Program-made: the position numbers and the translations under genes | Part shown: positions 22,354 to 34,929 of the stretch, one piece after another | How the letters are laid out: each line of letters begins with the position of its first letter | Numbering within the stretch: the first letter of the stretch is position 1 | NCBI GenBank assembly: GCA_001275005.1 | Contig: JWZX01003106.1 | Coordinates: 1 to 51,474 of the forward strand | DNA: 51,474 bases | Reading direction: 5' to 3' | Source of the DNA: Chrysochromulina tobinii | Taxonomy: Eukaryota | Notes under the pieces: model-generated | Database searches by the model: none | Seen by the model: only the letters and a program-made list of their open reading frames with translations | Told to the model about the DNA's origin: nothing

Positions 22354-23991
22354 TCAACGCGGCACCACGTCGGGTCGCGCCCGTCCCGGCATCCTCGGGC
22401 GCGCGACGGCATGTACGGCTGAGCCCGCCGGGGGGCGAGCCTGGGGTACTGGCCCTCCATCTCCAATGCCACTGACGAGCGCTGCCGGCTTGTAGCTCTG
22501 TGTGAAGAGAGGATTCTCCTTGGTAGGTGCGGGCTCCATGCCTATCACGGCGTCCGTGGCATGACGGGCCATCATGGTTGGGTCCGCCTTGCGCCCATCG
22601 CGGCTGAGCAGCCGGAGTCGCTTGAGCTCGCGCTCCTGGTTCTGGAGCAGCTCGTCCTTCTTGCGGCACTCCATCATGTTCTGCGCGAGCGCCATGGCAA
22701 GCCCATCCTCCTTACCGCTCGCCATCATCGTCTTCACGTCCGCGAGCCATATTTGGTATTCCTGCTCGCTCGCGCGCGCCTGCACGAGCTCCATCGTGAG
22801 CGTCTCCAGGCGCGAGCGCATCAGCTGCCCTTCCTCGTCGATGCAACCGAGCTTTGCCGCGAGTGCAGCGAAATTCTCCTCGATCGCGCGCGCCGTCTTG
22901 AGCTCGATCGCTTGCTCGTCGATGTGGGACTGCATGGTCTCACGCACCTCGCGGCTCACCGCCACCTCCCTCTCCATCGTTGCGATACGCCCCTCTGCCT
23001 TGGCCGCTCGCTCCCCCAGCCTCGCCATCTCGCTCGCGTGCTCCTTGAGCATCACTTCGTGCAACAATTGCATGCGTAGCTCCCTTGCCACCGTGTCCGC
23101 AGTGATCGCCACGGCGCTGTGGGCGCCGGCGCCGCCATGGCTCGTGCCCCCCTCGGCGGGCCCGCCCTTGGCGACCAGGTCCTTGGCATGCATCTCGTGC
23201 TGCCGACGTGCCTGCTCCTTGATGGCGCCGATGAGCTGACTCATCTCAGAGAGCTGTGCCGCCTGCTCTGCAAGCGCCGCCTGCTGCTGCGCCTCGCGCG
23301 CCCGCTCGTCGCCCTTACCAGAGGTGATCTGCTCAATAGACGCCGCCTGGCACGAGACCACGGTCAGCAGCTGCGCATTACTCTTCCTGGACAGCTCGAG
23401 CTCCTCCTTGAGCTCCGCCACGCTGCACAGCAGTGCCACCGTCGAGGCCCGAGCAGGCGAGGAAGGTGCCACCTCGCCGTGGGCGAGGAGCGGCGGCGGC
23501 GGCGGCTGAGGTTGCCCGATGACGGGCAGGGGGCGGCCCTCCTTGCTTGCCCAGCGCCCTTGCTCACGGTGCAGCAAGCGGTGCCCGGCACAGCGCTCGA
23601 GTACGACGAGCCCACCCAGCAACCTCTCTATCCACGCAAGCTCCGCACTGCCCGAGCCGTCACCCTCGCGTGCCACGGCATCGTCCGCCGCTGCCGCCCT
23701 TGGCGCCGCAACGGCTGCCAGCGAGAGCTTGCGCCCCCTCAGTTGCTGACGCGCGCCGGCGACGCCGCCGCTGTCGCCGCTGGAGGCGGGCGGCGAGGCG
23801 AGGCCGTCAGGGAGCAGATAGGGCGCTAGCGAGCCGCTGCTCGTCGCGGCCTTCCAGGCATCCGAGCCCGAGCTGCGATCGGCGCCACGCGCGGCGCTGC
23901 TGGTGCCGCCCCCGGCCGCCCGTGGCCCGCACAACGCGCCGGCTGCGGCAACCACCCGGCCGCCACGGTCGGCGTCGTCGGCGTCGTCGAT

Positions 23992-24024
<33 letters not shown>

Positions 24025-25336
24025 CTCGGCAAAGACTGAGAGCTGCACCTCGTCCTCAATCTCCGCCGCGAGATTCGCCGCCTCCTCATAACGCGCGAGC
24101 CGCTGCGAGCGCCGACGCTCCGACTCGGCGAAGGGCGGCGGGCTGCGCAGCTGCTCGGCCTCCGTACGCAACGCACCGCTGAGGCCTATGCCCACGTCGC
24201 GCAAGCCCGCGCCCACCACGGCGCCTGCGCGTGCCAGGCGATGCAGCTCGCGGAGGCGCCGACGAGACGCGATGCGCATCGCCTCAAGATCCTCGCATGC
24301 CTCGCGCACGTCCTCCTCGGTTCCAGTGCCGCCGCCGTCGCCACCCGCCGCCGTCGGCACCATGGCGAGCATGGCACCCAAATGGTTACCGGCACTCGCG
24401 CCCGCCATCATCTGCGCCCGCTCGGATACCAGCCGCGCCTGCAGCTGCCCGTGCAGCTGGACGCACGCCTTCCGGTAGTCTCTCCCCTTTTCGAGTTGCG
24501 TGCGCAGCGAGCACAGACGAAGCACCATCTGACGCGCCACGTGGAGGGTCGAGGCTTCGTGTGAGCCCAGGCTGCCGAGCGCGCGCTTGCCGTCAGCGGA
24601 GCTCAGGTCGATGGTCGCGCTCAGATCGACGAAGCTCACGAGCTCGGCGCGCAGCTCTGCGGCCGCGACACCGCTGCCGCTTGCCATCGAGGTTAGCTGC
24701 GAGGTCGCCTCGCCCAGCGTCTCGAGCACGAGCGTCGTGTAGCGCACCACGCCACTCCACCGCTCCTCGGACGTGCGGATCTCGGACTCGAGATTCTGAA
24801 GCTCGTCCACGGTGACGGCGCGCTGCTGCCACGCCACGTTCGCCCTCCAGAGGAGCTCCATCCAACGGCCGTGTGTGTGCACGTTCGTGCTGAGTTGGGC
24901 GCGCCGCTGCGCGTGATGTGCGGCCACTTGTTCGCGCAGCGCCCGCTCGCGTCCCAAGAGCGCCGCGCACGCCGCCTCGCGTTCTTCAAATGAATTCTGG
25001 AGCTTCTGCTCATAAAGCTCAATCTGCGAGCGGTACGCCGCGAGCTCCTCGCGGTCGTCCTCGCTCTGCTCGCTCGCGCCAAGCCGGGCGGAGAGCTTGC
25101 GCCGCAGCTCGTTGACCTCCTGACGCAGCCTGCCCACCTCACTCACGTGCTCGTTCTTGACCGCGCGGAGCTGAATGGCCTTGGCCCGATCCGCGTATTG
25201 AAGCGTAGTCATGCTCTCCTCGAGATGCGCCTCCGCAGGCGAGATGCATGCGATCATCACCGTGAGCGAGTTGCCGCCGAGCGACTCCTGCAGCACGCGC
25301 GTGAGCTTCGAGTTGCGGTACGGTACGAAAGTGCGC

Positions 25337-25377
<41 letters not shown>

Positions 25378-26523
25378 AGCTCCCTTGCCCTTAGCTTTGG
25401 CTTGCTCTGCGAGCGCCAAGATGACTTGGCCGAGGGCCGAGAGGCTCTGGGCGATTGGGAGCGGCAAGTCAGGCGGCAAGTCAGGCGGCAAGACATACGA
25501 GGGCACATCAGAGGGTAAGCACGGGCAGCACCTGGTTGATTTGAATACCCTCCTTTAGCCGTTGGCCCTCGGCGCCCGTCTTGGCGGCACGCTCGGAGCC
25601 AGCGAGGTCGACCAGGTTGATCTTGGCGGACACCTCGAGCTTGCGCGCCTCGCCGCCGCCATCGCCTATTCCGCTGCGGCCGCCGCCATTGCTCCCGTCG
25701 ACTGCGCAGCCGGTGCCGTCCTCCGGTCCGCCGCCGCACTGCACCGGGGGGACCAAACGCTGCTGCCGGATGTGCAGCGTCATGATGGCGTGCGAGCGGC
25801 TCGATCGCGCGTTCATCTGGGTCTCGCCCGTGACGCGCCGCGCGCCGCCATCGGCGGCCAGCTTCATCAGGTCTGCGCGCGCGCGCACAGGCACCTCCGT
25901 CAGCCCCTTGACGTGAACCCCAAGCTGCGGATGCTCCTTGATCTCGAGTGCTCGGGAAGCAGCGGCGGTCGGCACGAGGAGGTCGACGCACATCTCGTTG
26001 TAGATCTCGAGGTAGCTCACCTGCCATCCGGCGCCATCACACCATCAGTAGTTGCAATCACAGTATCAATCAGGCGCAATCACAGTGCCCGTCTCGTGGA
26101 AAGTCTCACCGTGAGCAGGAACTTGGTGTCGGGCGTCTGCTCGAGCATCTGATCAACCAGGAAGAAGAGCTCGTCGCCCAGCTGCGGCACGATGCCCAGC
26201 GCTCCGCCGCCGACGCTCTCGCCGCCCGACATGGTGAAGGTTTTGCCGCTCCCTGTCTGGCCGTATGCGAAGATGGTGCCATTGAAGCCTTCGAGCGCCT
26301 TGCGCAGGATGGGAGCGCCCAGATCGGCATAGATCTGCGTTTGCGAGGCCGAGCCATCGTAGACGGAGTCGAAGTGGTAGCGCTGCTCGCCCTTCTCGCC
26401 GGGCGAAATGACGATTGAGGTTGGCGTGAACGTCATCGCCACCTCGCCCTCAGCCTTCCCGAGAGGACGGGCACGCACTGCGACGGTGACCGAGTCGGTG
26501 CTCCGGACGGGGGTTGAGTCCAT
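22354..26523 (-). CDS. Kinesin (N-terminal motor plus long coiled coil), 3 exons; introns 26021-26109 and 25447-25531
   Basis: Motifs AYGQTGSGKT, SYLEIYNE, SSRSH, LVDLAGSER and VPYRNSKLTRVLQESLGGNS; both GT-AG introns are phase 0 and restore the motor domain. Confidence 0.93.
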
Positions 26524-27498
26524 GAATCTTGCCACGACGGTAGCAGCGACAGTAGGCGAGCGCGCGCTGGTTACACGTTTGACCGGCACCGTCGTGGGCG
26601 GCGATCCTCGCGCACTTGCCGGGCGCCCCAACATACTTGTAGATTACTGCAGTAGATTACAGCGTTGCCTGATCAGGCCTGATGAGGAATTCTTCAAGTA
26701 CATGTACTGTATCCGGATACGGCGTTGAAAGTGTGAAGCGTCAGTACAGCGGCGCGAACAACCGCGACCCGTGGGGCGCGTTTACATGAGATTTTTTGGC
26801 TTTCGCCCGGGACGCGCGCGGGGTCGGCGGCGGACGCGGCGCGGCGCGCCACGCCGGCGCCATCGTGGCGCCCGCTGCGGCGAGCTTCGGCGAGCGACAT
26901 GAGGCGCAGGTGGCAAGGGCAGGTGGTGGGTGAAGAGGCGCCATAGACGGTGCGGTCGGTGCACCCCTCGATGCGCGCGTCGGTGTGCCACGCGCGTGTC
27001 AACACAGTCACACAGGGACGAGCGTCGAGACACGACAGTCATACACAGGTGGGACGAGCCTGCTCCGCGAGCGTCGAGTCTGCGGCACTGAGTCTCGAGA
27101 CGACGAGATACAGATAGGCCGACTGCGCGAGAGGCGTCGAGACTGTCGACTGTGGAACGCTGAATGTGAACTGTCTCGCCAACGCATCGCTTAATATCAC
27201 AGTCGCGTAACGAAACACACAGAAGAAAAATATGTTTCGAGTGTTCGACGGAGTCGATCTGCGTTCGCCCTCACCCATCCCTGAGCCGGCAAGATCAGCC
27301 GCGGAGCACCGTCAGCCAGCCTTTTTCCGGCTTCACCTTGAGGCGGCCTTCACACCCCACTTCTTTCTACCAGGGCAGAGACCATCGCGTGGCCTCATCC
27401 AGCGCAGTCCTTCGCCTGATCTAAGCTTCATCATCATTGACGTGGGCGCACAGCTCGCTCGCTGCTTGCTCGCTCGCTGAAAACGCCTGTGACTCAGC

Positions 27499-29246
27499 TC
27501 AGGCAAGGACGTCCTCGCCTCGCCCCGTGGCCGGCGACTTCGGTGAGAATGGATTGAAGAAGGAGGCCAATCTGTTCGAGATTTCGGAGGAGACGTCGGC
27601 TGCAGATTGGGTTTCGGGGAGGGGCAGACCGGTAGGAGGCGAACTCTTGATTTCGGTGAGTTCAATAGAGCCTTCAGGTGCAATTGCGGGTGCGCCTTCT
27701 TCGGAGGTCGGCGACGAAGGCGGGATGGAACCAGGCGCGTCGTCCTTTGGCTTAACGTCGAGATTGGAACCCGTGAGTACGCCCGCCATCTCGATATCGA
27801 CAGACGAGGAGATGACCGTGCCCTTGCTTTCCTTGTCAGCGGAGGGTGTCTCTTTCTTAATGCTCTTTGCTGGCAAAGGTGGTTTGGGAGCATTGCCTTT
27901 CCTGCCGTACTTGACATAGTAGAATATGCACGATGCCAGGAGTACGACTGAGCCCAGTACGACTCCGATCGCGATCGCGCCGCCCGTCGAAAGCCCTGCG
28001 GCTGCGACGATCGCCGAAAAGATCGTAGTGGGAAGCGGAGGGGGCGGAGGAGGGGGGGGAGGGGGGGAGGCGCCGAGGGGGGCGCCGCCTGGATCCTGAC
28101 AGTCGCGGGTGCTTGAGCAATGCTGGCGATGGGAACGCCGAGGGCATTGGAAAGGGTCTGAGCGCTAGTCGTGATCGCTGTAAGTGTGTTGAAGACGGCG
28201 GCAGCGTTTGGAGGGTCGATGATCTGACTTGTCACACGCACTGACGCTGACTCGACCCTGAGCCGGATCATCGCGGCGGTGACGCCTTGGCGTACCATCG
28301 TGCGCGCGAGGGCAGCCTTGAAGCCCTCCTGGTCGAAAGTGTCGATCGTTCCTGGCACCACCGCCGTGAAGGTAATGATGTTAAGGATGGGGGCCGAAGT
28401 GGTCGACGGCCGAAAGGGCGGAAGGGGCGGAGGCGGCGGCGGCGTTGCGCCGCATTGGGCCTCGAAGACGTCGATGAGGCACGTGAGCGGCGGCGGCGAG
28501 GGCGGCGTGCAGAGCATGCCGATGCACTCCACGAGATCGTCGTCGGGGAGCGGGCCGCACATGCCGTCGATGCCGCAGCCCGCATCCGCCGGCGGGGGTG
28601 AGGGCGGCGTGCAGAGCATGCCGATGCACTCCACGAGATCGTCGTCGGGGAGCGGGCCGCACATGCCGTCGATGCCGCAGCCCGCATCCGCCGGCGGGGG
28701 TGAGGGCGGCGCGCACAGAATGTCGTTGCATGGAGCGATCTCGTCGGGGAGCGGGCCGCACAGGGCGTCGATGCCGCAGCCCACTGGTGCCGGCGGGGGG
28801 TTGGCCAGCGCGCACAGAATGTCGTTGCACGCCGGCGGAGGGGGCGGCGCGCACAGAATGTCGTTGCACGCCGGCGGAGGGGGCGGCGCGCACAGAATGC
28901 CGATGCACGCTGGCGGAGGGGGCGGCCCACACAGACCGTCGAGGGGGTTGCACGCCGGCGGCGGCGGGGGCGAGGGGGGGCAGAGGTCGTCGCACGTATC
29001 CTCGATTGCGGGGGGGGTCGCGCAGAGCTCGTCGCACGTATCCTCGATTGCGGGGGGGGTCGCGCAGAGCTCACCGCACTGCTCCTCGGCAGGTTCCGGG
29101 GAGCACAGGTCGAGCTCGGTGTTGTTGACAGCGCAGGTGATGTTCGCGAACGAGTCGGTCGCATTCTGCGTCGCATTCTGCGTGTGTGCGGGTGCGAGGA
29201 TCGCCGAGAGGCAGGCGAGCTGGAGGAGCCGCGCTGGGGTTGGCAT
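27499..29246 (-). CDS. Type I membrane/surface protein with Cys-loop/Pro-rich repeats and an SEA-like domain; frameshift in the G-runs at about 28040-28080
   Basis: Signal peptide and about 15 C-xn-C loops. After the frameshift another frame gives TM segment GGAIAIGVVLGSVVLLASCIFYYV and continues into ORF 27499-27876. Confidence 0.7.
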
Positions 29247-29516
29247 GGCGACTAGCCAAAGGAGCCGCCGAGCGCGGCACCTCAACCTCCGTCGGGAGAA
29301 AAGTTGTTAACTCCGACGGTAGTGAGAAAAGTTGTGAGCCGACGGCGTCTGTGCCCGCATATTGGAAATGAAATGCTATCCGGACCACAAGCTCGTCACG
29401 CAGACTTTATTATTGAGCTGACACAGGAGACCCGTCATGTGTGTTTTATAAACAGAACACACACACATCGTGCGAAGTGGAATCGCCGCGGCGGCGAAGA
29501 TCCTTCGCAGCTCTGA

Positions 29517-31340
29517 TCAGTCCGCCGCTTCTGAGCCGCCACCGGCCGAGCCAAGGTTCGCCTCCGCGTGGCTTCGCTTGCTGCCCAACACCGCTCCGTC
29601 GCGGAAGCCGCGGCGTGTGTGCGGCGCCATCGCTTGGAGCCTGGCGGCGCCGTCGGTGAGTCTGCGGACCTCTTCGAGCGTCGGTCCCGTGTCGTCGAAG
29701 CACGATGCGAGCAGCGCACTGAAGACGAGGGGCGGCAGCTTCTCGACGCCCAGCATGGAGAAGCCGAGCTCCGTCAGCTCGAGTGTGAACACCTCGGCGG
29801 CACCTGGGCCGACGCGCTTGATGAGGATGTCCATCCGAACGCCGGGGAGCGACTCAACGGATTGCGTGCGAAACCACGCCAGCCATGCCGTCACCAGCTT
29901 CGCCGCCTTGCGCTCCGCCTGCGCCATCGCCGCGTCGTCGCCGCTCATCCAGTCGCGAACGGCGTCCTCGCGTCCCTTGACCACGAACTCACGCATGTAA
30001 CCGTCCGCGTCGACCCACGCAAAGTTGGTGTAGACCTTGTGCACGATCTTGCCGTTGATCACAAACTGGCGCAGCTCGAAGTCATTGCGCGCAAAGTCCT
30101 GCACAATCACCGCGCTGTTCGTCACTGCAGGACTCGTGACGAGCTCGACCAGCGCAGTGCCCAGCTGCGACTCTCCCCTGAAGATCCGCACGTGCGCCGC
30201 CTCCCAAGCGTACCCTAGCTTAGCCACGCCTCGGCGCACCTGATGAGGGAGGCAATCAGAGGTCATCAGAGGTCCTCAGAGGTCCTCAGAGGTCCTCAGA
30301 GGTCCTCAGAGCTTCGACACGCCTCGGCGCACCTCCGAACCCTCCACTCGGAGCGCGTGCGGCTCCTCTTTGCTCGCCTTGCCCCGCTTCATCTTCTTCT
30401 GCGCGGCGTCTCCAGAGCCCGTGTCACGGTACCGGCGCGCGCGAACGGCCGCGAGTGCGTCGAGGCAGAGGGCGGCGGCACGGCTGGGCGAGGCGGTGAT
30501 AGTGGCGCGGTTCACCATGACGGCTGGTGGGATGCGCAGGCTGGGGAAGAGGCACAGGGTCGGCTGCCAATCCTTTGCGAGCAGCGTGCGGTACAGCTGC
30601 GACGGGTGCGGAAAGCGAGTGCACAAGCCCGCGGCCTCAAAAGTCCGGACAGCGTCGAAGTAGAGCGACTGATCGAGCATACCGCTCTCGTGCACCTCGC
30701 CATCCTGGTGCATGACGGGCCACAGGAAATAGCACGCCGCGCGGTGCTTGCCGCGCAGGCTCTGGCACAGCGACGCCGGCCCAATCCGTGCCAGGTCGAA
30801 GCCACTCGTGACGAACACGGAGAAGACCTCATAGTCAGGCCCGAGCACAGGGTAGATGGTCGAGTCCACAAAGGCGCTCACGTATGCGGAGGAGGTGGAG
30901 GCACTGGCGGAGCCCCACTGTTCCACATTGAACTGCGTCTCCTCGCCGCCCCAGCGTACGACGAGCAGGGAGAGCGTTGGCACATAAGGTGGCTCGCCTG
31001 GGACGGGCAGCGGCCGCACGTCACATTGTGGATAGTCCATGATCATGTCGCGCTCGCGTTCCGGGTTGAGAGTCTGGCCGTAGCGATCAGCCCACAGCTG
31101 GCCTGTGTGCATGACGCGCACGCAAGGACGCGCGCCCTTCCCATTCTGCGCACCCTGCGGTGGCGGCCAGTCCTCGAGGACCTTGGCGATCACCCAGCCG
31201 TCGGTCATCCCAAATCGTGGCTTCAAGCAGCGAGCCGCAAGGTTAGACACGGGGAAGTAGCCCTCGCCGTCGCGCTCTAATCGGTGGAAGACCTCTACTA
31301 AGGTGCCCGCGGGGTACGTCATATCGGAGCACGTCGCCAT
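29517..31340 (-). CDS. ATP-grasp-fold protein with an N-terminal SH3/Tudor-like region, 2 exons (intron 30240-30332)
   Basis: AKDW…IPPAV, GVAKLGYAWEA, VIVQDF, ELRQFVING, RMDIL and LELTE fit the ATP-grasp motif order; a phase-0 intron joins the two ORFs. Confidence 0.65.
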
Positions 31341-31471
31341 GCGTACCGGTAGGATGCCTTGCGATGTGGAAGTTCGGGGTTCACCGGCTCATCTGGTGTC
31401 TATATTCCATTGGCCGCAGGATCGCAGCTCGCATTTCCTTTCCCGGACTTGGGTGCTCGTGAGCCCGATAC

Positions 31472-33268
31472 ATGGCGACCGCCGCTCGTCGTCACCGCCA
31501 TGTCGTCAAACTCATGCTGCTCAGTGGCCTACATGGACGCGATTGCCAAACGGGCTTCGCGTCGGCGGCGCTAACGCGCCCAACACCTCCGCGCATCAAA
31601 CTCACTGACAACTATCGCGAAGCCACTGCTCTGTCGCAAAAGCTGACAGCCTGCGCGGCGGCGACGGCTCAAGCTGGCAAGAAGCAGAAGGTGGCCATCA
31701 TCGGTGGCGGCCTCAGCGGCCTATCGTGCGCCAAATACCTCTCGGACGCCGGTCACGAGCCGCTCGTGCTCGAGGCGCGCGGCCTTTTGGGTGGCAAGGT
31801 GTCAGCATGGCAGGATGAGGACGGCGACTGGATTGAGACCGGTCTGCATATCTTCTTCGGCGCGTACCCGAACATGATGAACATGTTCGCGGAACTGGAC
31901 ATTGAAGACCGGCTCCAGTGGAAGGATCACAAGATGACATTTGCCATGCAAGAGCGACCTGGCGAGTTTACGAGCTTCAACTTCCCGCCCAACGTCCCTG
32001 CGCCTTTCAACATGGCAGCAGCGATCCTGAGCAACACCGAGATGCTCACGATCGAAGAGAAACTCCGGATGGTGCCTGGACTGCTGCCGATGCTCACCGA
32101 GGGCCAGTCGTTCATCGACGCGCAGGACGAGCTCTCGGTGCTACAATTCATGGAGAAGTACGGAATGCCGAGACGCATCAACGACGAGATTTTCATTGCG
32201 ATGGGCAAGGCGCTCGACTTCATTGATCCCGACAAGCTCTCGATGACCGTGGTGCTCACCGCGATGAACCGCTTCATCAATGAGGCCGATGGCTCGCAGA
32301 CCGCCTTTTTGGACGGCAACCAGCCCGACCGGCTGTGCGCGCCGATGAAGGCGCACATCGAGGCGCGCGGCGGCGAGGTGCGCACCAACGCGCCGGTCGC
32401 CGAGATACTCACCCGCGAAGAGGACGGCTCGGTACAAGGGCTGCGCATGCAGGATGGTTCGATAGTGACGGCGGATATCTACGTGTCGGCCATGCCCGTA
32501 GATGTGCTCAAGCGGCTGGTACCGGCTCGCTGGTCCACGATGCCCTACTTCCGCCAGTTCGACGAGCTCGAGGGCATTCCGGTGATCAACGTGCACATCT
32601 GGTTCGATCGCAAGCTTCGGTCAGTGGATGGGCTATGCTTCTCGCGCTCGCCGCTGCTCTCGGTGTACGCCGACATGTCGACGACGTGCAAGGAGTACTA
32701 CGACGAGGAGAAGTCGATGCTCGAGCTCGTGTTCGCGCCGTGCTCTCCGCTCGCGGGCGGCAACATCAACTGGATCGCCAAGTCGGACGAGGAGATCATC
32801 GACGCGACCATGGGTGAGCTCGCGCGTCTCTTCCCGCTCGAGATCGCCAACGACCCGCGCTATCCCGCGACCTCGAAGCAGGGGCCGCAGGGGCAGGCGA
32901 AGCTGCGCAAGTATGCGGTCGTCAAGGTGCCGCGCTCCGTGTACGCGGCCATCCCAGGGCGCAACAAGTACCGGCCGTCGCAGGAGACGCCCATCCCCAA
33001 CCTGGTGCTCGCGGGCGACTGGACGTCGCAAAAGTACCTGGGCTCGATGGAGGGCGCCATCTTGGGCGGCAAGCTCGCCGCCGAGGTCGTCGCCGACAAG
33101 GCGCTCGGCACGGCGCGATCGACCAGTCGGGTCAAGGTGGTGCCTCGCGACATTGTTGAGCGCGCGGCGGCAGTTGAGGCGCGCAAGCCCGTGGGCGTCC
33201 GTGGCAACTACCCGATCGCCTTTGGTGGGGGGCAGCAGGGCGTTGGGGCTAATGCACTGCATGCTTGA
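31472..33268 (+). CDS. PDS: Phytoene desaturase (15-cis-phytoene desaturase, CrtP type)
   Basis: Motifs [51 protein letters not shown] and [10 protein letters not shown]. The N-terminal targeting sequence is unclear. Confidence 0.95.
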   Translation: MATAARRHRHVVKLMLLSGLHGRDCQTGFASAALTRPTPPRIKLTDNYREATALSQKLTACAAATAQAGKKQKVAIIGGGLSGLSCAKYLSDAGHEPLVLEARGLLGGKVSAWQDEDGDWIETGLHIFFGAYPNMMNMFAELDIEDRLQWKDHKMTFAMQERPGEFTSFNFPPNVPAPFNMAAAILSNTEMLTIEEKLRMVPGLLPMLTEGQSFIDAQDELSVLQFMEKYGMPRRINDEIFIAMGKALDFIDPDKLSMTVVLTAMNRFINEADGSQTAFLDGNQPDRLCAPMKAHIEARGGEVRTNAPVAEILTREEDGSVQGLRMQDGSIVTADIYVSAMPVDVLKRLVPARWSTMPYFRQFDELEGIPVINVHIWFDRKLRSVDGLCFSRSPLLSVYADMSTTCKEYYDEEKSMLELVFAPCSPLAGGNINWIAKSDEEIIDATMGELARLFPLEIANDPRYPATSKQGPQGQAKLRKYAVVKVPRSVYAAIPGRNKYRPSQETPIPNLVLAGDWTSQKYLGSMEGAILGGKLAAEVVADKALGTARSTSRVKVVPRDIVERAAAVEARKPVGVRGNYPIAFGGGQQGVGANALHA

Positions 33269-33801
33269 AACGGAGTCCGACCTCTTCTGGAAGCTGGAAG
33301 ACAGCGATTTGTTTTAATAGCATGTTTTAGTCGTCGGTTCTCGCGGTACGTTCTTCAGATCGAGGATCGTGATGTATTCTCGGATCTCGCGTCTCACCGC
33401 ACCGGCGCCACAGCCGAATATATAACCAGAGCGGTTTCGTCACTATGGCTACCGGTAGCAGCTAGCACCAGATCTCCGTATCGTATTATAATAATAGGCC
33501 CCGACGCCGGGAGCGGGACCGCGGACCGGGTGATAGAGGCTATAAATCACAGACTGACCGACTGAGACTCTTTTCACAGGACCGGACACAGCGCACTGCA
33601 GTGCACAGAGCAGTCCACACATCACCTACGGGTTGAAGCCCGCGCACAGCGCAATCCACTACAGTCTCCACCACACAACATCGAGAACATGGAACACCAA
33701 CACGCGCTCAATAATTATCCGATTCCGAACAGGACGAGGCGCTCAAAACATCACTCGCCTTCCATTCCTCGGAAGCCCGCGGCCGCGCGAGGTGGCGCTT
33801 C

Positions 33802-34929
33802 TCAAATGCGCACAACTGTGCGCGCCGCAAGACCAAGAGGGCTCACCGCGGAGGCCGAGCCTACCCACTGCGCCGCACTCCATCCCTCCCGAACGCGCGG
33901 CGCAAGTGGCGGCGGCGGCGGCGGCCGGCTGGCAGACGATAGGTCGCGCGTCGGCTTGTCAGCGACTTCGCGCTCCGGCGCCTTGTAGCGCGCCGGACGC
34001 GGTAGCGCATTCAGCTGTTGAACCTCGTTTGGAATGAATCCGGCGTAGCCGGGGGGAATGGAGCGGGCAAAGCGCGCGTTCTCAAAGGAGGAGGGCGCGA
34101 AGTGGCGAATCATGTGGAATGAGCCGTCAGGGTGCTTCACCGTCGCAACCGCGCCATGCTCGAGCACGTTGCCGTTGCCATGCGTCGATGGCGGCACGCT
34201 CTGCAGCGGGATCGAGTGGGCGACACCGTCGCTCTTGAGAAACTGGCGCCACTTAGCAGAAGTCCCCGTCATCGGCATCGTCACCTGCAGGAAGCGGGCT
34301 CGTCCATCGCCGAGGACGCTGAGCGCGTCCGCGTACTGCAGCAGAACCTGCTTCGCCTGCTCCGTCTCCGAGCCCGTTAGCTGCATGTCGTGAGTCATGT
34401 GCTCGATCGTCTTCTCGGCGTGCCACCGGCGGCGCTTGGCATCGCGAAGCATCATGCCTGAGGTCACCTGCTGCTCGGACGCGACACCGGCGCGGCCGGC
34501 GGCGCCCCGGCTGTGCGCCTGGATGCTAGGCCCATCGATGCTCGCGCCCTTGACGTTGCGCGCCTTGAGCTCGTCGGCACTCATCACACGCCGGCTCGGC
34601 CATCTCCGCTCCCAATCGGAGAGGCCAAAGGGGTGGGATCCCACGCCGCCAAGACGAGTGCCAGTGCTGGTATCAGGGTTGCGGAAAGCGCTCATGTGCG
34701 CAGGGGCAGGCGGTTTGTCGCACTGCTCCGCGACGAGGGCCTGCAACTTTGTGGTTTGCGGTACGACTTGCTTGCGGCGAGGTGTCACGCTGCGCGGCGT
34801 CGAACCCGAACGAGGTGTGCAAGTGCTGCCACTCCTACGCGGGGTCGAGCCTGAGCTTGCGCTCCTGCGAGGCGTCGTGTTGCTGTTGGACGCGTAGACG
34901 TGCCGTCGGTCCATGGCCTGTACCATCAC
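33802..34929 (-). CDS. Hypothetical protein with a PPGYAGFIP motif (resembles FAM166-type ciliary microtubule inner proteins)
   Basis: 375-aa ORF with TPRRS repeats and a C-terminal PGYxGFIP motif. Confidence 0.55.
   Translation of the reverse strand: MMVQAMDRRHVYASNSNTTPRRSASSGSTPRRSGSTCTPRSGSTPRSVTPRRKQVVPQTTKLQALVAEQCDKPPAPAHMSAFRNPDTSTGTRLGGVGSHPFGLSDWERRWPSRRVMSADELKARNVKGASIDGPSIQAHSRGAAGRAGVASEQQVTSGMMLRDAKRRRWHAEKTIEHMTHDMQLTGSETEQAKQVLLQYADALSVLGDGRARFLQVTMPMTGTSAKWRQFLKSDGVAHSIPLQSVPPSTHGNGNVLEHGAVATVKHPDGSFHMIRHFAPSSFENARFARSIPPGYAGFIPNEVQQLNALPRPARYKAPEREVADKPTRDLSSASRPPPPPPLAPRVREGWSAAQWVGSASAVSPLGLAARTVVRI

Noticed and set aside
30243..31280. ORF starting MREAIRGHQRSSE
   Set aside because: Antisense translation of the intron module and the ATP-grasp gene.
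27499..31340. Graspetide-like RiPP pair (ATP-grasp enzyme next to a repeat-rich precursor)
   Set aside because: The repeat protein has a signal peptide, SEA-like domain and TM anchor, while the enzyme looks cytosolic. No leader motif or processing protease is present.
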